This document shows, piece after piece, positions 61,063 to 64,000 of a DNA stretch of 64,000 bases. Both the position numbers and the translations under genes were made by a program. The stretch is from Podospora anserina (Eukaryota). Below the pieces are notes generated by a model, which saw only the letters and a list, made by a program, of their open reading frames with translations, was not told the DNA's origin and did not search any database. Where the stretch lies: assembly GCA_017654855.1 (NCBI GenBank), contig CM030332.1:1860001-1924000 (forward strand). Direction: 5' to 3'. Position 1 is the stretch's first letter; each line of letters starts with the position of its first letter.

Positions 61063-63019
61063 GGTGACTATATGGCTTCTTTCAGACTTGCCTTTCAAAG
61101 TCTTGTGGTTGACGGTTAGATGGAAACTGGCTGTCTCGGGCCTGAGATGGTACTATATCAGGGAACGACAGTCTCTCAAACAAAGATGGGGTGAGTTGAA
61201 GTGTTGACAGAGTTGTTGGCAACGGGAGAAAAACGAGTGACGAAGCCCCAACCTAGGTTGAGCTGTTATGTTCCGATTCTAGCCAGAATGACGTGTGTAA
61301 TAGAAACAATCGCGGCAAGGACGAATGTCGAGAGCGCTTGACAGTTTGCGTTTCAGGGGTCACCGGTACAGCTTCCGAAGGAAGGAAACGGGATCTGTAG
61401 GCAGGTATCCGCCTCGCTTCTTGGAAGTGTCGATCGCGGAAGCTTTGTGGTGAGAGAGTCTTCAGGATGAGGTTGGAAAGGAAGACCCAAACTGATTATC
61501 GAAAGCTCGAAACAAAGAGCCGGCAGGAGTTCTGAGATGATCTTCAAAACAAACCTGGGGCGAGAGACGGGGACGGGATGACTTGTCTCTTTGGACCTTC
61601 CAGGCGAATAAATTTGCATCACTCCCCTGCCAGAAACCATGCTGATGCTGTGGAGGCCGTGGCTGCAGTCCTTTACATTACATTACACATTGAAAACCTT
61701 GCAAACTCAAAGAAAGCCGACTTGGCCGAAGGGGAGGAGCTGCCTGAGAGGACAGGAGACACATGTGGTGGAGTCGAGTTACCGTTGCGAAGCTTCTTGG
61801 CTACCAAGGATGCGATTGATCCATTCTTCCAGAGCTCCTGGTAGCTCCACCGGGCCGCTGTCTGGATGTGCTTGGGACCTTGGGATCTTCAGATCCTGAG
61901 AGGGGCTGGTTGGGACGGTGTGGTTCGGACAGCAGGGTCCCCTATAAAGAGGGCGATTCTCAGCGCAAACAGCGATGCTCTGTGCGAGCCCGCGGTATGT
62001 ACAGTGTTAGGCAAGCGTTTCCTCTTTATGCAGCTAACACCACCGGCGCTCGTATCTCGAACAGTGCATTTTTCTCCCGCCACTTCAGTGGGCCGGGCCG
62101 ATGCTACCGACTCTCAGTCCAAGGTCCGATGACGTGTTGGTGGTTACTTTCCGCCGGTGTCTGCTGCTTGGCCGTGGAGCCGAACAATCGCCCGATATTC
62201 GCCTCCGGGAATCCACGGAGAGCCCTACGCGGACATAAAACTGAAATGATGCGCACCGCCCGACAGAAGCAACAAAGCTGGGTTTGAGGGTGAAATTTGC
62301 TTATATCATCGATTTCATCGAGATCCACCAGCACAAGCTGTGACAGTGATGAGAAATTGGCTTTTGCTGCCCAATGGCTTTTGCTCCATGACTCGAACTT
62401 CCATGGCGCCGGTGCCATGGCTTTTGGTGGACGGGACCAGCAAAATGTGGCATGAGGTACCAGGTTAGCTAGGTGATTGAGACGAGCCAGAAGCGATACA
62501 GTTGGGGCGGAATAAAAGCCGTCAATGGCAGCCCAGAACCCACCAATCGAGATTCTAGACAATCATCATGCGGCTCTTTTGCCGTGAACCACTTCGTCGT
62601 GGTTCGAGATGCCTATCTAGTCCCTGCAGAAACAGCGCCACCAGATCAGGTACAGGAGTATCCCTGGATTGGGCACCGCCTTGGCAACGATTGGCCCGGG
62701 CTTGGGGAAGGGTTTCCGTGCCGAGTCAGAAGCCAAACTGGCAGAAATCCATGCTCTGTTTCAGCAAAAGCCATCTCTGACTAGAGCAAGCAGCACGCCA
62801 AGAGACCCCAAGGTCCCAACGGCTTTGCGAGCTGCATTGCAGACAGATCACGACACGAGGAAGAAGACAAAATGCACCTCGATTCTTCTCATCCATTGAT
62901 GGACACTCTGTAAAAATCAGAAAAAAAACAAAGACCGCTTGCTAAACCCTTGGGCAGTACGAAGTGAAAAAGAAACCACCGCCATTTTTTTATTTCCCCC
63001 AGAGCTCCCCGACCATAAA

Positions 63020-64000
63020 TTAATGCGAAGTAATGACGAAATTAGCGTTGTCGTACTTTTCGGCCTGGCAGAGAACCTTTCCTTGCGGGTTCATCAGATG
63101 CACCATGGCCGCTCCATCGATCCCAACATTCTTCCCACGCACTGTCGTCGCCTCGGTATCGAGAAACCACAGGTCCTGGAAGCTGGCAAAGGGAACCTGC
63201 TTGTTCGTTTCGGCCTCGTAGAAGTCCTCCAGAATCCACTCAACATCCCACCGGCACAGCTTGGGCCCGCTGGTCAAATTGAGCGTCATTGAGTAGCCGC
63301 GCTGAGCGTTTGTTACAATTCTTCAGTAGCCACAACCTGGTTAGCACTTTGCTTTTTGTCGGAAAAAGAGCTGCTGCTAGACTTACATCCTGCCGCTGGT
63401 CGCATCATGGGCTGTGATGTTGACGGACATCCAGTCCCCTGGCTTGACTGGGAGGTTGGCGATAGTGTACGCAGCACCTGGATACCACTCCCACCAAGCC
63501 GATGCACTCTGTCCACCGTTGGAGTTGACCTTTCCCCCCCCCCAACCAAATATGTCAGCAACTGATTCTCTTCATGTCAAAGAACCGATGCAACAACTTA
63601 CCACGGTAGTGACTCCAGCTTGCAACAAGGTCTGGTTGCACTTGGCTCCGTCGATACCGATCCAGGCCGCCGCATATTGAGGCGGAGGGATACCAGCTCG
63701 TAGCTTCAAGTCAGGGACAGTGAAATACCCAAACACATTGCGGATGGGGTCCGCATCGTTTGATCGCGAGGAGGCACCACACCAGTTGTCACTATAACTG
63801 ATGTCGTTGTTCCCTCTCTTGGCGGTCACATGCTGGCCTGTGGCGACGGTTGCGTTGCGGTGTCCACGTCTCCGGTGCTTCAACGGGGGAATCTTGACGA
63901 ACTGAAGCTTGGAGGCATCAGCAGCTTTGCCGTTCTCTTCTAGTGACACGGTGAACTCGAGTCCTGTGACGCCTGTTGTGGTGATCAGGGAGATGGCTCC
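63020..64000 (-). CDS. Glutamic peptidase family G1 (eqolisin / Peptidase_A4); start codon lies beyond the window edge
   Basis: SDNWCGA, AAAWIGIDG..CNQTLLQAG (catalytic Gln), AWWEWYP, VEWILEDF (catalytic Glu). Introns 63601-63530 and 63386-63321. The frame is open to position 64000. Confidence 0.9.

Noticed and set aside
61200-62950. Several 60-150 aa ORFs between the PRM10-like and G1 peptidase genes
   Set aside because: No motifs and mutually overlapping on both strands; consistent with promoter/UTR sequence.

Overview
Eukaryotic genomic DNA from a filamentous ascomycete. Short GT-AG introns carry CTRAC branch points, and gene content and composition suggest Sordariales, possibly Podospora-like (inference only). 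Left to right: (1) 1-7.3 kb: 3' part of a GH2 beta-galactosidase, a diaminopropionate ammonia-lyase-like PLP enzyme and a sugar porter. (2) 7.9-12 kb: a decayed accessory stretch with a frameshifted 8-Cys secreted-peptide gene and two disrupted tandem paralogues of an unknown family. (3) 12.2-29.8 kb: a compact secondary-metabolite cluster with an iterative PKS-NRPS hybrid (KS-AT-DH-CMeT-ER0-KR-ACP-C-A-T-R), a divergent alpha/beta-hydrolase, a DHA2 MFS pump and an atypical EthD-like protein. No trans-enoylreductase, oxidase or transcription factor is visible. (4) A CFEM/PTH11-like receptor, a PLC-like phosphodiesterase and an Asp f 4-like secreted protein. (5) A housekeeping block (RRP41, PDI-related, VTA1, RPN11, RPD3, TAP-like peptidase, PRM10-like) interrupted by an AA11 LPMO pseudogene and an orphan ORF. 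(6) A G1 glutamic peptidase running off the right edge. No rRNA, tRNA, CRISPR or recognisable transposon was seen. Intron positions were read by eye, and family calls rest on remembered motifs, not on database searches.
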